This document shows positions 11,210-24,799 of a stretch of DNA of 64,000 nt, piece after piece (the stretch's first letter is position 1; each line of letters starts with the position of its first letter). This DNA comes from Octopus sinensis. Its lineage: Eukaryota. Location of the stretch: contig NC_043020.1 of assembly GCF_006345805.1 (NCBI RefSeq), positions 26,970,001-27,034,000 on the forward strand, in the 5' to 3' direction. Position numbers and translations under genes: made by a program. Below the pieces are notes generated by a model that saw only the letters and a program-made list of their open reading frames with translations, ran no database searches and was not told the DNA's origin.

Positions 11210-11404
11210 GTTGTGTGTCCTCCCCCAACATCACTTGTCATCGATGCTGATGTGTTTAGGTCTCGTAACTTAGCGATTCAGCAAATGAGACCGATAGAAT
11301 AAGTACTAGGCTTACAAACAATAAGTACTGGGGTCGATTTGTTCGAATAAAGGCGGTGTCCCATCCAGCATGGCCGCAGTCAAATGACTGAAACGAATAA
11401 AAGA
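10980..11404 (+). mobile_element. Near full-length SINE family A with expanded internal (TA)n
   Basis: gagtggctgtgtggtaagtagtttgc...ggcaccttgggcaagtgtcttctactatagcctcgggccgaccaaagccttgtgagtgg...(TA)n...ccagcatggccgcagtcaaatgactgaaacgaataaaaga. Confidence 0.93.
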
Positions 11405-11416
11405 TATATAATATAT

Positions 11417-11448
<32 letters not shown>

Positions 11449-11680
11449 ATGTGTGTGTGTGTGGTGTGTGTGTGTGTATACATATTCACTCATTTATACA
11501 TACACACATATATTATACACACCGTACCTTAACGTGTTTAAGGAACCATTTTTTTTGTCAAAAATTAGGTTAAAATAATATGGGAGTTTCCTATGCATGG
11601 ATAGTATCATAATCCCTAACAAAACTTTTTTCCAGACTTTAAGCCCCCCAAATAAGGGGTTTCTTATACACGTTAAATAC

Positions 11681-11730
<50 letters not shown>

Positions 11731-11744
11731 ACCCATTATATAGC

Positions 11745-11957
11745 GGCGTACTGGGAGAACTATTACCGCGCCGGACAAAATGCCTATCGGTATTTAGTTC
11801 GACTTCATGTCCTGAAGTTCAAATCCCACCGAGGTTGTCTTGAAGCCTCCTGGGGCTTGTGGAATAAGTGGCAGCGAAATACTAAGGTCGGTGCCATCGA
11901 TGGACCTTTCTCCCCACTAAATTTCAAACCCTGTGTATATAGTAGAAACCATTATTA
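11745..11957 (+). mobile_element. SINE family B, decayed
   Basis: cgccggacaaaatgcctatcggtattt...gaagttcaaatcccaccgaggt...aaatttcaaaccctgtgtatatagtagaaaccattatt. Confidence 0.7.
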
Positions 11958-11970
11958 TATAGTATGGTGG

Positions 11971-12200
11971 TTTTCCGTCGGTTTCGACGAAGAGTGGGAT
12001 GTTTGCGTCAGAATTTAAGCATTCCTTAAATATGTCTGCCCTTAGCGTAATTCTAAGGCAGGGACAGCGTGGGACGGGCTGTCCATCGGAATGGCAAGTG
12101 CATCCACCCGACCAATCTCGGCGCGGTTTCCGGGTATTGAGAATAAAATTGTCGAAAATCTACGTGGTGTGTGATTGAACCCGGCTCCTTTACTCTCCCG
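11971..12200 (-). mobile_element. SINE family C, decayed
   Basis: ttttccgtcggtttcgacgaagag is the reverse complement of the family C 3' end (ctcgtcgttgtaaccgacg at 54060); gcccttagcgtaattct matches the agaactaggttagggg segment. Confidence 0.55.
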
Positions 12201-12521
12201 CCTTACTGTGGCATATATTGTCTATATGTATTACACACATATATACACATTTGTGTACATGTTGTATAGGTATGGGTGTATATACATTCATACTCATATA
12301 TGTTATGTATATGTGTAGATTTATGTATGTGTAATGGACGTGTAAATGTGTGTATACACGTGTACATATACATGTATGTATAATGCATATGTATGTTGCA
12401 TAATTGTATACCTATATCTATATACGTACATTTAAATATATTTATACACATTCGTATGTGTATATGTATGTATACACACATATATATACATAAACTGTGT
12501 ATGTAGACAAGTGCATATATC

Positions 12522-12574
<53 letters not shown>

Positions 12575-13096
12575 GCACGTGTGTGTGTACGTACATTTAT
12601 GCAAACACTATTTATCTATCTGCCTACCTATTTGTCTATCTATCTATCTATCTATCTACTATCTATCTATCTATCTATCTATCAATCTACCTAGCTATCT
12701 CTATCTATCTATCTAATCTATCTACACCGTGTGCATGCATGTGTCTGTCTGTGTATGATATAAATATACAAATAGCTATAATTAAATATTTTGATGTATC
12801 GATACTTGAACCTAAGTGCTGTGGGGTTGATGCCTACTCGCTACTAAAGATACGACGAAGTACAATAAAATCCCTAACAACTTTTTTTTATATGAAAATA
12901 AAAGAGTGAAGAGTTCCTCTCAAATTTCCTGATTCATGGCTGGACACGCCATCTTAATTTTTTTTTCACCTCCATAAAGTTGAACATTTCCGTCGGTATG
13001 TCGATTACTGGTTTTTTTTTATTGTTTGTATTTTGTCCCAAGTTAGCCTCGATCCATGTTGTACCGCCTTTGGCACTTCCTTATTTTATTCCACGG

Positions 13097-13135
<39 letters not shown>

Positions 13136-14433
13136 ATATATATATATATATATGTATGTATATCGTTGTATGTCGTTAACTAAAAGATAGCATCTTTCTT
13201 TGGTAGAGCTTTCTAATATGAGTTTCATTAAAAGAATATATATACATACACACATATATACGTACACACACAGCCATTGAAAATATACACCCGCATTTTT
13301 CATGAGAATTCGTGTTGCGTGTGTGTGTATGTGTGTGCGTGCGTGCGCTTGTGATTGTAGCGCTTTCGGCGGCCATATTAGAGAGGTGATTTATTTCCAA
13401 CAGTCGCATTGTTGATTGTAACATTTCGCTTCATAAATACATATTCATATACACTCGTATGTAATATGTAATTCATACATGTATTAAAAAGACGTATGTC
13501 AGGCCGAATGAAAAAACAAAACACTCATAAAAAGCATTTAGATGGTCTGAATGCTGTATATAAACGTATATATAGTAAGGTATATATATATATATATATA
13601 TATAGAAGCATACACACTCGAATAGTGATGGGTATAAAACCACGCTACGCAGGCTGTGTGCATGAGAAAGAGAGACGGAGAAAGAAAAAGATTGGGAAGC
13701 GGGAAAAAGTGTTACGCCCTTTTTGAAACCCCTATTCCCTTGTAACCTGATCGGTTGGGCGGTTCTAAAAGGGACACTAACAAATCCCCTTTCTTCCTTC
13801 TCCTCCACCTACTCCTCCCGTCTCTCTAAGCTCTACACTTCCTCCGCCTCCTCCTCCTCTCGCTATTTCCTGTCTCTTTTCTGTGTGTGTCTGTGTATCT
13901 GTCGAGATATTTCGTGTCGATAGCAGAAAGGATCGATCAGCCATGTCAATGCAGCCGCTGCCGACGCCACCGTCTTCGCCGCCGCCATCGACGTCGTCGT
14001 TAACCCCCCCCGCGAACAGAACCTATTTAGTGATCAAAGACATTCCGATTCGTGACCATCCCATATTTTATATATACACATACACACTATATATACCCTG
14101 CAAACATAACAAACACACATTCTGCAACATGCACTCTTCCAAAACGGTACTAAAATATATCTTGAATTGAAGTGGATTTGGCTATTGTTTCTAGCAACCT
14201 GTTGAACGACCATATCAAGTTCCCCTCTTTTTATTGTTGTCATTTAACCCTAGGACGATCTCGATCGAGCGCCCCTGCTGCTAAGAGCAACCATCCCTTA
14301 CAGACTTTTACAAGCAGCTAAAATGACGTGCGAAAGGGTTTATTTCTTATCCCCTCTTGTCCCTTTTTACATGGGGACAGCTAGACTGGGCTAAACTGAG
14401 TCGCTGTAGATCTATAAGAACGATATCTTGTAC

Positions 14434-14470
<37 letters not shown>

Positions 14471-14645
14471 GGCGCAGGCGTGGCTGTGTGGTAAGAAGCC
14501 CGTTTCTGAACAACATGGTTACAGGTTCAATCCCACTGCGTGTCTTGTACTTATAGCTTCGTGTAAGCTTTATAAATGGATTTCGTAGATGGAAACCGAA
14601 AGAAGCCCATGTGTGTATGTATATATATATATATATATATATATC

Positions 14646-14677
<32 letters not shown>

Positions 14678-14898
14678 TACATGTGTGTGACTGTCCCACA
14701 CCGCCGCTTGACAGCCGGCCGGGGATATTTTGTTTACGTCCCGGTAACTTGGCGGTTCGGCGAAAACACCGATATAAGTACCAGGCTTAAAGAAAAAACA
14801 AAAGTGTAGTAGGGTCCATTCCTTCGGCTAAAGGGTCATCAAGACAGTGCCCCAGCATGGCCGCAGTCTAATGACAAACAGCTTGATGATAAAAGATA
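14471..14898 (+). mobile_element. Full-length SINE family A
   Basis: ggcgcaggcgtggctgtgtggtaagaagc head, internal (TA)n, tail gtgccccagcatggccgcagtctaatgac. Confidence 0.9.
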
Positions 14899-15175
14899 TA
14901 TATGCATATATATACTAGTACTACTATCCCTATTATTACTACTAACGCCGCTACCACCACTACGATTAGTACGATTCACTACTACTGCTGCTACTACTTC
15001 TATTACTACTGGTGGTGGTGGTGGTTTGAGTTTAAATCAAAAGCTCCAATTCTTATCTCCAATCAATTAAATAACAGCAACTGGCTTTTGGAAAATCTGG
15101 AATTCTTTCTAAACTTAAAACTACATTCTGAAATATTGACACACAGAGACAGACAGACAGACAGACAGACAGGCA

Positions 15176-15230
<55 letters not shown>

Positions 15231-15250
15231 ATACACACACAGAGTAAATG

Positions 15251-15594
15251 TTTAGCGGCATTTCGCCTGCTGTTACGTTGTGAGTTCAAATTCCGCAGAG
15301 GTCGACTTTGCCTTTCATCCTTTCGGGGGTCGATAAATTAAGTTCCAGTTACGCACTGGGGTCGATGTAATCGACTTAATCCCTTTGTCTGTCATGTTTA
15401 GCCCTTTGTGGGTAGTAAAGAAATAGGTATTTCGCCTGTCTTTACGTTCTGAGTTCAAATTCCGCTTTTCAACCCTCCCGGGTCGATAAATTAAGGTACC
15501 TGTTGCGTACTGGGGTTGATCTTATCGATTGCTTCCCCCCCCCATCAAATTTCGGGTCTTGTGCATAAAGTAGAAAAGAATATTTTTTTGACTC
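15251..15594 (+). mobile_element. Internally duplicated (dimeric) SINE family B
   Basis: Two gagttcaaattccgc...gggtcgataaattaag...ctggggt(c/t)gat units separated by a linker ending gtagtaaagaaatagg; same architecture at 60056-60450. Confidence 0.9.
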
Positions 15595-15713
15595 CAAATC
15601 TTGATGGTCCCAGCTTGGAAGCCAGGCGTTGGAGGATGATGAGGATGATGATGACGACGATGATGACTGTATTTGTGGGTGGTAGTCGTGAATAAGTAAA
15701 TTTATATATACAC

Positions 15714-15856
15714 AGGTGCAGGCATGACTTTGTAGTTAAAAAGCTTGCTTCCCGATCACATGGTTCCGGGTTCAGTCCCACTGCATGGCACCTTGAGCAA
15801 ATGTCTTCTACTATAGACTCGGGTTGGCCAAGGCCTCGCGAGTGGATTTGGAAGAC
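15714..15856 (+). mobile_element. SINE family A, 5' half
   Basis: aagcttgcttcccgatcacatggttccgggttcagtcccactgcatggcaccttgagcaaatgtcttctactatag. Confidence 0.9.
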
Positions 15857-15862
15857 GCGCGC

Positions 15863-15902
<40 letters not shown>

Positions 15903-16340
15903 TTACCATCATGGTTTCACGTCCGGTTTCCATGCTAGCATGGTAGCTTCATGGTTGAAGTTTGGCTGAAGATAAATGTATAGTAGCAGACCCCATGGTG
16001 GGATTGTTCATGTTTGTGCTTCTTAAATCCATGAGTTGCAAGCATTCAGGAACCGATTACGATAACCCAGTAAACGGTCTTGGGCATAGCAAACACTTTA
16101 CTTTGAGTAGGCCAGAGGTCATAAGATACAAATTCTTAAGAATATTGAGAATATTCATGAAACCATCCCTTTGGTGATGCATAATTAAAAAGGGGATAGT
16201 TTGAAGCATGCTTATAATAAAGCCCCTCAGCTCAGACTTTTGCGTAAGCCAAGAATATCTTGAAAGCAAATGGATAAATTTCCAGGGCAAATTTTAGCGG
16301 AAGTGATTGTATTACTTTAAATATATAAATATGACTTTAA

Positions 16341-16540
16341 CCCTTTCGATACCAACCCAGCTGAAACCGCCTCTGGACCTCTCGTACAAATGTCTTTTTT
16401 TCTTCCACCAAACCTTAGTCATAATCTGTTCCTAACACTAGCTTAATGATAACTAAGCTATTTTACCAAATTCTTTGTTATATTTAAAATTAATTGAAAG
16501 ACGCACAGAGTACCTCAAAATAAATACGGTAACAAAAGGG
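16341..16540. mobile_element. 200-bp piggyBac-type MITE with TTAA target-site duplication
   Basis: TTAA|ccctttcgatacc ... ggtaacaaaaggg|TTAA; 13-bp TIRs match at 11/13; CCC...GGG termini and TTAA TSD are piggyBac hallmarks. Confidence 0.85.
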
Positions 16541-16744
16541 TTAATGCGTTTTTGGATAAATTTGAGGTGATATAGAAAAGTAGATTAATAATGATTGTAA
16601 TTGCTGTTCCTATTTCACTGAAATTAATGTTCATTTCCGAATTTTTCTTCTTCATGAGTAATCGTACTAAATGAATCTTAAACGCCGTCATCTCTGTATA
16701 AGTCTCTCTCATAAAACTTGACTGTCTTACTTGTTTCATGATGT

Positions 16745-16910
16745 AAGCTGCGGTCATGCTGGGGCACCGCGTTGAAGAACCTTAGTCGAACAAATCACTT
16801 CATTATAATTGTTATAAAGCTTGGTATTCTATCGCTCTCTTTTGTCGAACTGTTAAGGGTCTGAGATATAAACACCCCAGCACCGATTGTCAAATGGTGT
16901 TGGGGACAAA
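16745..16910 (-). mobile_element. SINE family A, 3' half
   Basis: gctgcggtcatgctggggcaccgcgttgaagaaccttagtcgaacaaatc...tattctatcgctctcttttgtcgaac. Confidence 0.85.
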
Positions 16911-17260
16911 CAAATAGAAACGAACACTATATAACCAGAAGACAGGCACCGATGGGGCGTACAGTGGCAGTGAAACCCGAGCCACAGTGAAACATGCGGC
17001 TGGGAAGCAATCTCAGTTGTCACATGCAGTCGGGCCTACGTCTAAATGGAAAAGTTCGAAATACACCCGTACGATTTCTGTGTTGTATGCGATTTAATGG
17101 AGACAATAAGTTGTTTAATCCCTGCCTTAATCTTAAGCGATTTATCGAGTAAAGCAGAAGGGGATTTCTTGGCACCTAAAACCATCAAATTCGTCAGAAG
17201 CTTTTCTTGAACGACCATCAAGTTATAGAAAAGTGAAGGTCTAAAATACGAAACTTGAGA

Positions 17261-17736
17261 CATTCCAGTCATTAGACAGCGGCCATGCTGGGGCATCGAA
17301 GCATTCCAGTCATTGGACAGCGGCCATGCTGAAGCACCGGAGTATTCCACTCATTAGATAGCGGCCATGCTGGAACACCGAAGCAGTGCAATCATTAGAT
17401 AGCGGCCATGCTGGGGCACCGAAGCGGCCATGCTGGGGCACGGAAGTATTCCATGCTATAGATAGTGGCCATGCTGGGGCATCGAATCATTCCAGTCATT
17501 AGACAGCGTCCATGATGGGGCACGGAAGTATTCCATGCATTATTAGATAGCGACCATGCTGGAGCACCGAAGCATTCCAGTCATTAGAGAGTGGCCATGC
17601 TGGGGCACCGAGAGATTTCCAGTCATTAGACAGCGGCCATGCTGGGGGTATCGAAGCATTGCAGTCGTTAGACAGCGGTCATGCTGGGGCACCGAAGCAT
17701 TCCATCTCATTAGATAGCGGCCATGCTGGAGTACCG
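17261..17736 (-). repeat. Minisatellite of about 41-bp units (11 full plus 1 partial) derived from the SINE-A 3' end
   Basis: Unit cattccagtcattagacagcggccatgctggggcaccgaag starts at 17261, 17302, 17343, 17384, (17425 partial), 17447, 17488, 17529, 17573, 17615, 17657 and 17698. Confidence 0.97.
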
Positions 17737-17880
17737 GCCTTGAAGGTTTTTAGTCGAACAAATCGAATCCAGTACACGTTTCCTCTCTAAGCCTATACTT
17801 ATTCTCTTGGGTCTCTTTGTCGAACCGCTCAGTTATGGCATGTAAAAGCAAAGCAGTACTGCTTATCAAGCCGTGATGAA
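17698..17880 (-). mobile_element. SINE family A 3' half from which the minisatellite extends
   Basis: The last unit continues without a break into gccttgaaggtttttagtcgaacaaatcgaatccagtac...tacttattctcttgggtctctttgtcgaaccgctcagttatgg. Confidence 0.9.
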
Positions 17881-18141
17881 ACCACACACACACGCACACG
17901 CAGTCTGGCCGGGGTCAAATAACAGATAAAAGAACAGATACACATTTGTTAGATTATACATATGTTATATACTATATAGAAATCAAAACGCATTTGTACA
18001 TATTATACATGTATGTTATACACACATTGTATATGTTATATTTCACATCCGTTGCATATAAATATTTATATACATACATACATACACACACACATTGTTA
18101 TTATAATTATTATTAATATTATTATTATTATTATTATTATT

Positions 18142-18300
18142 GAGGCGCCGGACAAAAAAAACTTAGCGGTATTTCGCCCGTTGCTACGTTCTGAATTCAA
18201 ATTCCAAAGAGATCGACTTTGCCTTTCATCCTTTTGGGGTCGATCTAATCGACTAGTTCACACCCAAATTTTAAGCCTTGTGTCTTTTAGTACAAAGGAT
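18142..18300 (+). mobile_element. SINE family B, monomeric/deleted copy
   Basis: cgccggacaaaaaaaacttagcggtatttcgcccgttgctacgttctgaattcaaattcc...gactttgcctttcatccttttggggtcgat. Confidence 0.85.
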
Positions 18301-18757
18301 TATTATTATTATTATTGTTATTATCATCATCATAATCATAACATAGGCTAAAATTATAATATGTCAGAGTGCTTAATACTGCTAGCAACAAACGGAACAG
18401 GACTCGACAAACTTAACTCTTTAAATGCAGAAAGTGTACTCTTTTGAGTCGCATATAAAGGACATTGGTCAGTCGTACTTGTATCACAATGAATTCTATC
18501 TACCATATAGTTTGTATTAGACGGATGGCATAACCGTACAGATTAGAAAGAAGATCGCTTTGCAGGTAGGCGTCTCCGATTTGAGGTTCACTGCGCGGCA
18601 GCCTGGGAGGATGTTTTCTGCAGTGGCTTGTTGTTGACAAATAACATTCGAGTGTGGACGGTGGTGGGCGGAAACTGTACGGAAGCCTGTAGTATGTGTA
18701 TACGTGTGGGCGGCAAGTAACCAAGACGGCGAGCGTAAATGTATGTGTATACGTACA

Positions 18758-18793
<36 letters not shown>

Positions 18794-19069
18794 TATATTA
18801 TACGTATGTATGAGTGTGTCTGTATGTGTATAGATACATGTGTATATATCCATGTGTATATATATATATATATATATATACTATGCGTATGTGTCTGTAT
18901 GTATATAGATACATATGTGTATATATCCATGTATATAGATACGTGTGTGTATGTGTGTGTAGACACACGTATTATTGCATGGCGAGTTAAAATTAAAATA
19001 TCCTAGAATTAAACTGAAGAATTACTTCGAAGTCACTGTCAGTCTATGTCGTAAAAGTATGAAATCTCT

Positions 19070-19110
19070 CTTTATCTATCTATCTATCCATCTATCTATC
19101 TCTCTATCTC

Positions 19111-19182
<72 letters not shown>

Positions 19183-19215
19183 ATCTATCTCTCTCTCTAT
19201 CTATTTATCTATCTC

Positions 19216-19247
<32 letters not shown>

Positions 19248-19248
19248 A

Positions 19249-19298
<50 letters not shown>

Positions 19299-19751
19299 AT
19301 ATAAAACCTATATAAATGTGTGTGCATATGTATGTGTGTATTTGTGTGTATATACACACACACATGTATGTATGCCTATATAGATATGTAGTGAATAAAT
19401 TATGTCGAGAAAATATGTTAGATCATGCTGTTCTCTTACATGCAATAATGTCGGACGTGAGCAAACTGGAGATAATAAATGATATGATTGCATTATAGAA
19501 ATATCTAGCAATCTGCCTGTCTAATAATATATTCTAATTGCATATACAGTTTTGCGTATACACATACATTCGTACATACATACATGTATTTATTATATAT
19601 ATGTCTATGTCCGTTTATAAATGTATCTATCTATCCATCCATCTATCTATCTATCCATCCATCTATCTATCTATCTAGATCTATCTATCTATCTGTCTGT
19701 CTGTCAATCTATCTGTCTGTCTGTCTATCTATCTATCTGTCTGTCAATCTA

Positions 19752-19783
<32 letters not shown>

Positions 19784-19849
19784 TCTGTCTAATCATCTAT
19801 CTATCTATCTATCTATCTATCAAGATCTATCTATCTGTCTATCTATCTG

Positions 19850-19881
<32 letters not shown>

Positions 19882-20029
19882 CCTATCTATCTGTCTATCT
19901 ATCTATCAAGATCTATCTATCTATCTGTCTGTCTGTCTGTCTGTCTATATCCTAATCTAAATACCTGTGTCTATATCCTTATCTCTCTATTTATCTATCT
20001 GTTTATCTATGTCCTTATCTATCTATCTG

Positions 20030-20085
<56 letters not shown>
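19070..20085. repeat. (TATC)n/(TGTC)n/(TC)n microsatellite blocks (19070-19300 and 19620-20085)
   Basis: Directly visible; source of the SIYL-repeat ORFs. Confidence 0.95.
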
Positions 20086-20087
<2 letters not shown>

Positions 20088-20748
20088 GTCTACCTGTCTT
20101 TTCTTTCGAATTCCCTATCTTTGAATCCTCCTCATTTCCTACGTTTGGTTCCCCTTTCTCTCCACTTTGCACTTAAGCTGTTCAATCTCTCTCTCTTTCT
20201 CTCTCACCCCCACGAGGGTACTTAAAGCGAGAATAGGCAGTCTTAAAATTCAGTAATGAATTTCATGTAAGTTACGTAACAACTGTCTTCGCCCTCAGCT
20301 GCCTCTCATAAAATTGAGACATTTGTATTATAATCTGATTTGATACGTGCTGCATTTTTATGTGTATTTTAGGAATGCCCAGCATTCATGCGTGAAAGCC
20401 ATGGCTTTATATGTATGCATGCATGCATGCATGTATGTATGTATGTATGCGTTTGAGCGCACCCCTACACTTGCATACAAATATGAGGTGACGAACTTGA
20501 GAAACTTTTCAAACCTCATAATCAAAATAGACGCTAGTTCATAGCATCAGGTCAATAAAAAAGTAAACGGTGAGACGTTAGCCACATGGAAACACCTTTT
20601 TCACATATCGAACCCTACTCTCCTCTCGTCAATGTCCATACAAAATATAGGATGTTTTTCCGCCGACCATATTTGCATGCTTGCATTTTTCAAACACTCT
20701 TTTCTACATGCTTTGTGTATATATATATATGTATATATGTATGTATGT

Positions 20749-20784
<36 letters not shown>

Positions 20785-20969
20785 ATGTATGTACGTGTAT
20801 GTATGTATGTATGTGTATGTACGTGTATGTATATATGTGTGTGTATGTGTATGTATATATGTGTATGTACGTGTATGTATATGTACGTATGTATATATAT
20901 GTATTTGTGTATGTATATATACGTATATATATATCTATGTATATATATATGTATGTATGTATATGTATA

Positions 20970-21262
20970 GAGTCGACTCCCAGTGCTTGTTTTTTTAAGA
21001 TTGGTCCTTACACTATCGGTCACTGTTTTGCCGAATCGCTAAGTTAAGTTAGTAAACGTACCAACACTGGTAGTCAAGCAGTGGTGGAGGGCACACAACA
21101 TACATACACACACACGACAGGCTTCTCTCAGTTTCTGTCTACCAGATCCTCCCACAAGGGTCTGGGTGGACGAGGGTTAGGGTAGAAGACTCTTGCCCAA
21201 GATGCTGTGCAGTAGAACTGCACCCAGAACCGTGTGGCTGGTTGGCTGGGAGGCAAATTGAC
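20970..21262 (-). mobile_element. SINE family A, decayed near full length
   Basis: ctatcggtcactgttttgccgaatcgctaagtt...acaggcttctctcagtttctgtctaccagatcc...gtagaagactcttgcccaagatgc. Confidence 0.8.
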
Positions 21263-21302
21263 ACACACACACACACACACCACACCACACACACACACCA
21301 CA

Positions 21303-21336
<34 letters not shown>

Positions 21337-21387
21337 GTTCATGTGGAAAACTGATATGAACTGATGATGGTGATAATGTTGATGAAT

Positions 21388-21430
<43 letters not shown>

Positions 21431-22744
21431 GGGTGGGTGGGGGCTGAAAAGGCCCTCGCTTTGGGTAAAAGAAAATACAGGAGGATCAGTTAAGTAGGGT
21501 TTTATTCAACATAGTCACATCCCAGATTATTGCAGCAGTACTTAATGTTTTTTTTCTGAGCCCTGTCGAAAAACTCGATATGTGGGGCCTTCACCCAAGC
21601 CTTTCGCGATATCGTTAAAGCTAGGAGTTTCAAGTGAGGGAACGGGTATGAGTAACCCAACCAGTTTTTCCTGTCCTGAGGTCTTTAAGAATAAAGGTAG
21701 GAAAGGAAACCCGGAGACTTGACTTTAAATGCTTGTAATGGATTTTATAAAGGCTCAAAGGACCCGGGTGTAGGGGTGGAACTGGCCCTGTCGTTGATAG
21801 TTATTGCTCAGGACGCCTCTTGTTAGAACCTATGCCACCAACTATCCGTCTTATTCGGCGAGCTAAGAATTCTACCTTCGAAAAACACCCAAGATTTAAC
21901 ACATAAGAATGGTTTGAAAAAAAAAAAAGGGGGACATAGGGACATCGGCGAGATTTGGTCTCGGAACGCTGAGAGAGAGAGAGCTAACACAAATATGTGC
22001 AATGAATGATTTAAGAGGAGCATGGCTGCTATTTCTACTTGAGAATGTAGAGGCTCCTATCCTACTATTGGCTCCAAGCCATGGGATCGTAGGGTTCTTT
22101 ATATTGGCATCAGAAGTCCCAGATATATTTTTTGTATTATATTTAAAACTTATATCTTTGGTACTCAGAACCTTAGTTAGGGTACCTAGCAACCCTAGTG
22201 GGGGTTTCAGAAACTCGGGACGAATACTTACGAAAAAATTGTGATGTACATGATAATGATGGACATTTTTAAATCGTCGCTTTAATGCCAGAGAATGGGG
22301 AGTTTAAAGGTTCTTTTCAGAGGGTTCAGATTATCCTAAATGTATGGGTGTACGTACGTATCATATTTATGCTAGTCAACCCCTTGTATGTGTAGATAGC
22401 CATGTATACATGTATACGCATCTATGCATTTGCTTAATGTATGCATGCATAGGTAAATGTGTGTGTGTGTGTGAGAGTGTATATACATTGATACATACAA
22501 ATATATGTGTATATATATATATTTATTTATTACATGTATGCATATTTGTGTGTCTGTATAATTGTATGTAATTATATTTTCGCTGCTTGATAGTTTGTGT
22601 ATATAATTATATGCACCACTGGTATGCATAAAATTACATACGTAAATATATATTTTCTTGGAAATGTTGTGTGTGTATATAGAAATAATATATATATATC
22701 TCAATATATTATAGATAAATGCTTGTTTGACAATATATTCGAAT

Positions 22745-23030
22745 TGGTATAGTGGTGGTGATGGCGGCGGTGGTGGTGTTGGTGGTGGTATTTTGGGCGG
22801 TGGTGGTGGTGTGAAGATGGTGATGGCGACGAAGATGAAGAATCGATAATGAGGTAGTTTGCGTTGGTGATCGACGATGACGTCATTGATGACCACAATG
22901 CCGTTCCTGTTAATGGCCATGATGAGGATGTCTATTATTATGATGATGATGATGATGATAATCATGATGATGAGGAGGATGATGAGGAGGTGGATCGCTG
23001 TGGCGATGTTGGTTTTGATAACGAGGAAAA
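22745..23030. repeat. Degenerate (GGT)n/(GAT)n trinucleotide low-complexity tract
   Basis: Directly visible; explains the 221-aa poly-Ile/poly-Pro ORF. Confidence 0.9.
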
Positions 23031-24799
23031 TTTTCACCAGTCTTTGCAGTTGTAAGTCGGAGCATGTGTGTGTGTATGTGTGTGCGAAGAGTGAGAGAGA
23101 AAGAGTGTGTAAGAGAAAGAGAGAGGGGGAGAAAAGAATTTGCTGGTACTGTGTACTACTATAGCTAAGAAAAGAGTACTCAATACCTTTGTAGAGTAAG
23201 CAGGTTTTGGGGGAAATTTTGAAGCAAGGGCCAACGCATCATAGTGACCGAAGGTTTCATCCTTAAATAGGGATCTTCAGAGAAGGCAATGATATGTATG
23301 CACATGCCAATAGTCCGACTGATGCTAGAATGGAACATGGACGTTACATGGTTATGATATGGTGATCACACACACACACACGCTCAAATATATACATGTG
23401 TGAGTGTATGTATATACATATAAATACACACATACACAGACATACACATAGCCATACAGTTATCTATGCTTGTATGTATATACGTGTGTATATATATAGG
23501 TATAAATGATGGTGATGAGGAATTTGTAAGAAATGGGAGTTGAATATCATAATTCTTGTGTTCCTCATCATTTTTTTCTCTAAATCTTTTATACGTCTAG
23601 AATCCCTTTCTACAAGAATTGGTAGCCCTTTTCCTAGACCAGGATGTTTAAGGTCATGGAACTCTTTTGAGGGATTCGATACTTACAGGGGGCATGTCGT
23701 GTAAAGGGGCAGTTGAGGTTTTCGGAGATGAAGGGTTGACTATGTGACGAAAACAACACTGAATAAAATTTAAAAAAATTTTAGAGAAGCCATCCAGCAA
23801 AAATTGACGTTTTAACATGTCTCACCAAACGTTGTTGATGCGGTGGTGTTCATGCTGGTATTGAAGTTGATTGAGGTATCAGGATCAACCAATCGACCAA
23901 CCAACTAGCCAAGCAAGCAAGCAAGCAACCACTTCGATAAGTTTATAGAACGTGGATGAAGCTATGCGAGGGTCCCTTGCACGCATCTCGCTTTTCGCAT
24001 TTAACCCCGACCCTGTCTGATCAAGCAAGACCCATAACTGAAGCAGTCAAATGATGATCATACGGCGGGGATACTGTTTTCCCAGATTGCATTATTGCAT
24101 TATCTAAGAAAGGAGCGTATATTTTCAAATGCATCTCGCTGCTATTTCTAGCAAACTCGATCTCGTTTCATGACAACCCGTCCTCTCTAATTTTGGTTTA
24201 TCATTGTTTATCATTTATCATTTAGTTCTTGGTCGAGCAGGCTAACAAAAGGGCACATTCCAGGTGTGACCATCTCGTCTTTTTAGGGATACTCTCACAC
24301 TCACATATTTAAAGGTCTATCTCATCAAATATCTCGTTTTCTTAACTTAAAACTGGTGGATATGATTCGAAGACAGTTGCAGGATCTATTTCTAGCAGGT
24401 CGAGCAACAACGTAGAGGGCACCCCTCCTCCCTTATCGAGGCGAAACTTCCAGCTTCCACTGCATAAATTATGTAGATAAGATAGACAGTTGGGGGGGGG
24501 GTGAAGTGGGGGAGAATGTCAAGAGACAGAACCAAAACCCTAGACATTACCATTATCAGATAGCAGCAGACCATCTCCTCCTCCTCTCCTCCTCCTCCTC
24601 CTCCTCCTCCTCCTCCTCCTACTACTACTACTACTAACACAAATGCAATACATATTTTTGCTGTTTCTATAAATCCATGTATTAGGAACACACACAACAC
24701 AAAGCAATAAATATATATACATATATACACACACACACACACATACGCATTTGTGTGTGTGTGTGTGGTGTGTGTGCAAATTGCGTTTCGTACAGTTCA

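Noticed and set aside
12940-14000. Promoter and first coding exon (YY1-like cgccatctt, gattgg, gggcgg, cagccATGtc...PPSSPPP)
   Set aside because: Motifs are scattered over 1 kb, the ORF is low-complexity and runs into a family F repeat, and there is no donor site.
17261-17736. CRISPR-like array
   Set aside because: Units are contiguous with no unique spacers, derive from the adjacent SINE tail, and there are no cas genes in this eukaryotic context.
21430-21915. Unique-looking segment with minus-strand AATAAA (possible LTR or retroelement piece)
   Set aside because: No recognisable termini or protein motif in the frames I translated; left unclassified.
22372-23037. 221-aa poly-Ile/poly-Pro ORF and overlapping Asp-rich ORF
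   Set aside because: Arises from degenerate (GAT)n/(GGT)n repeats; no domain or splice support.
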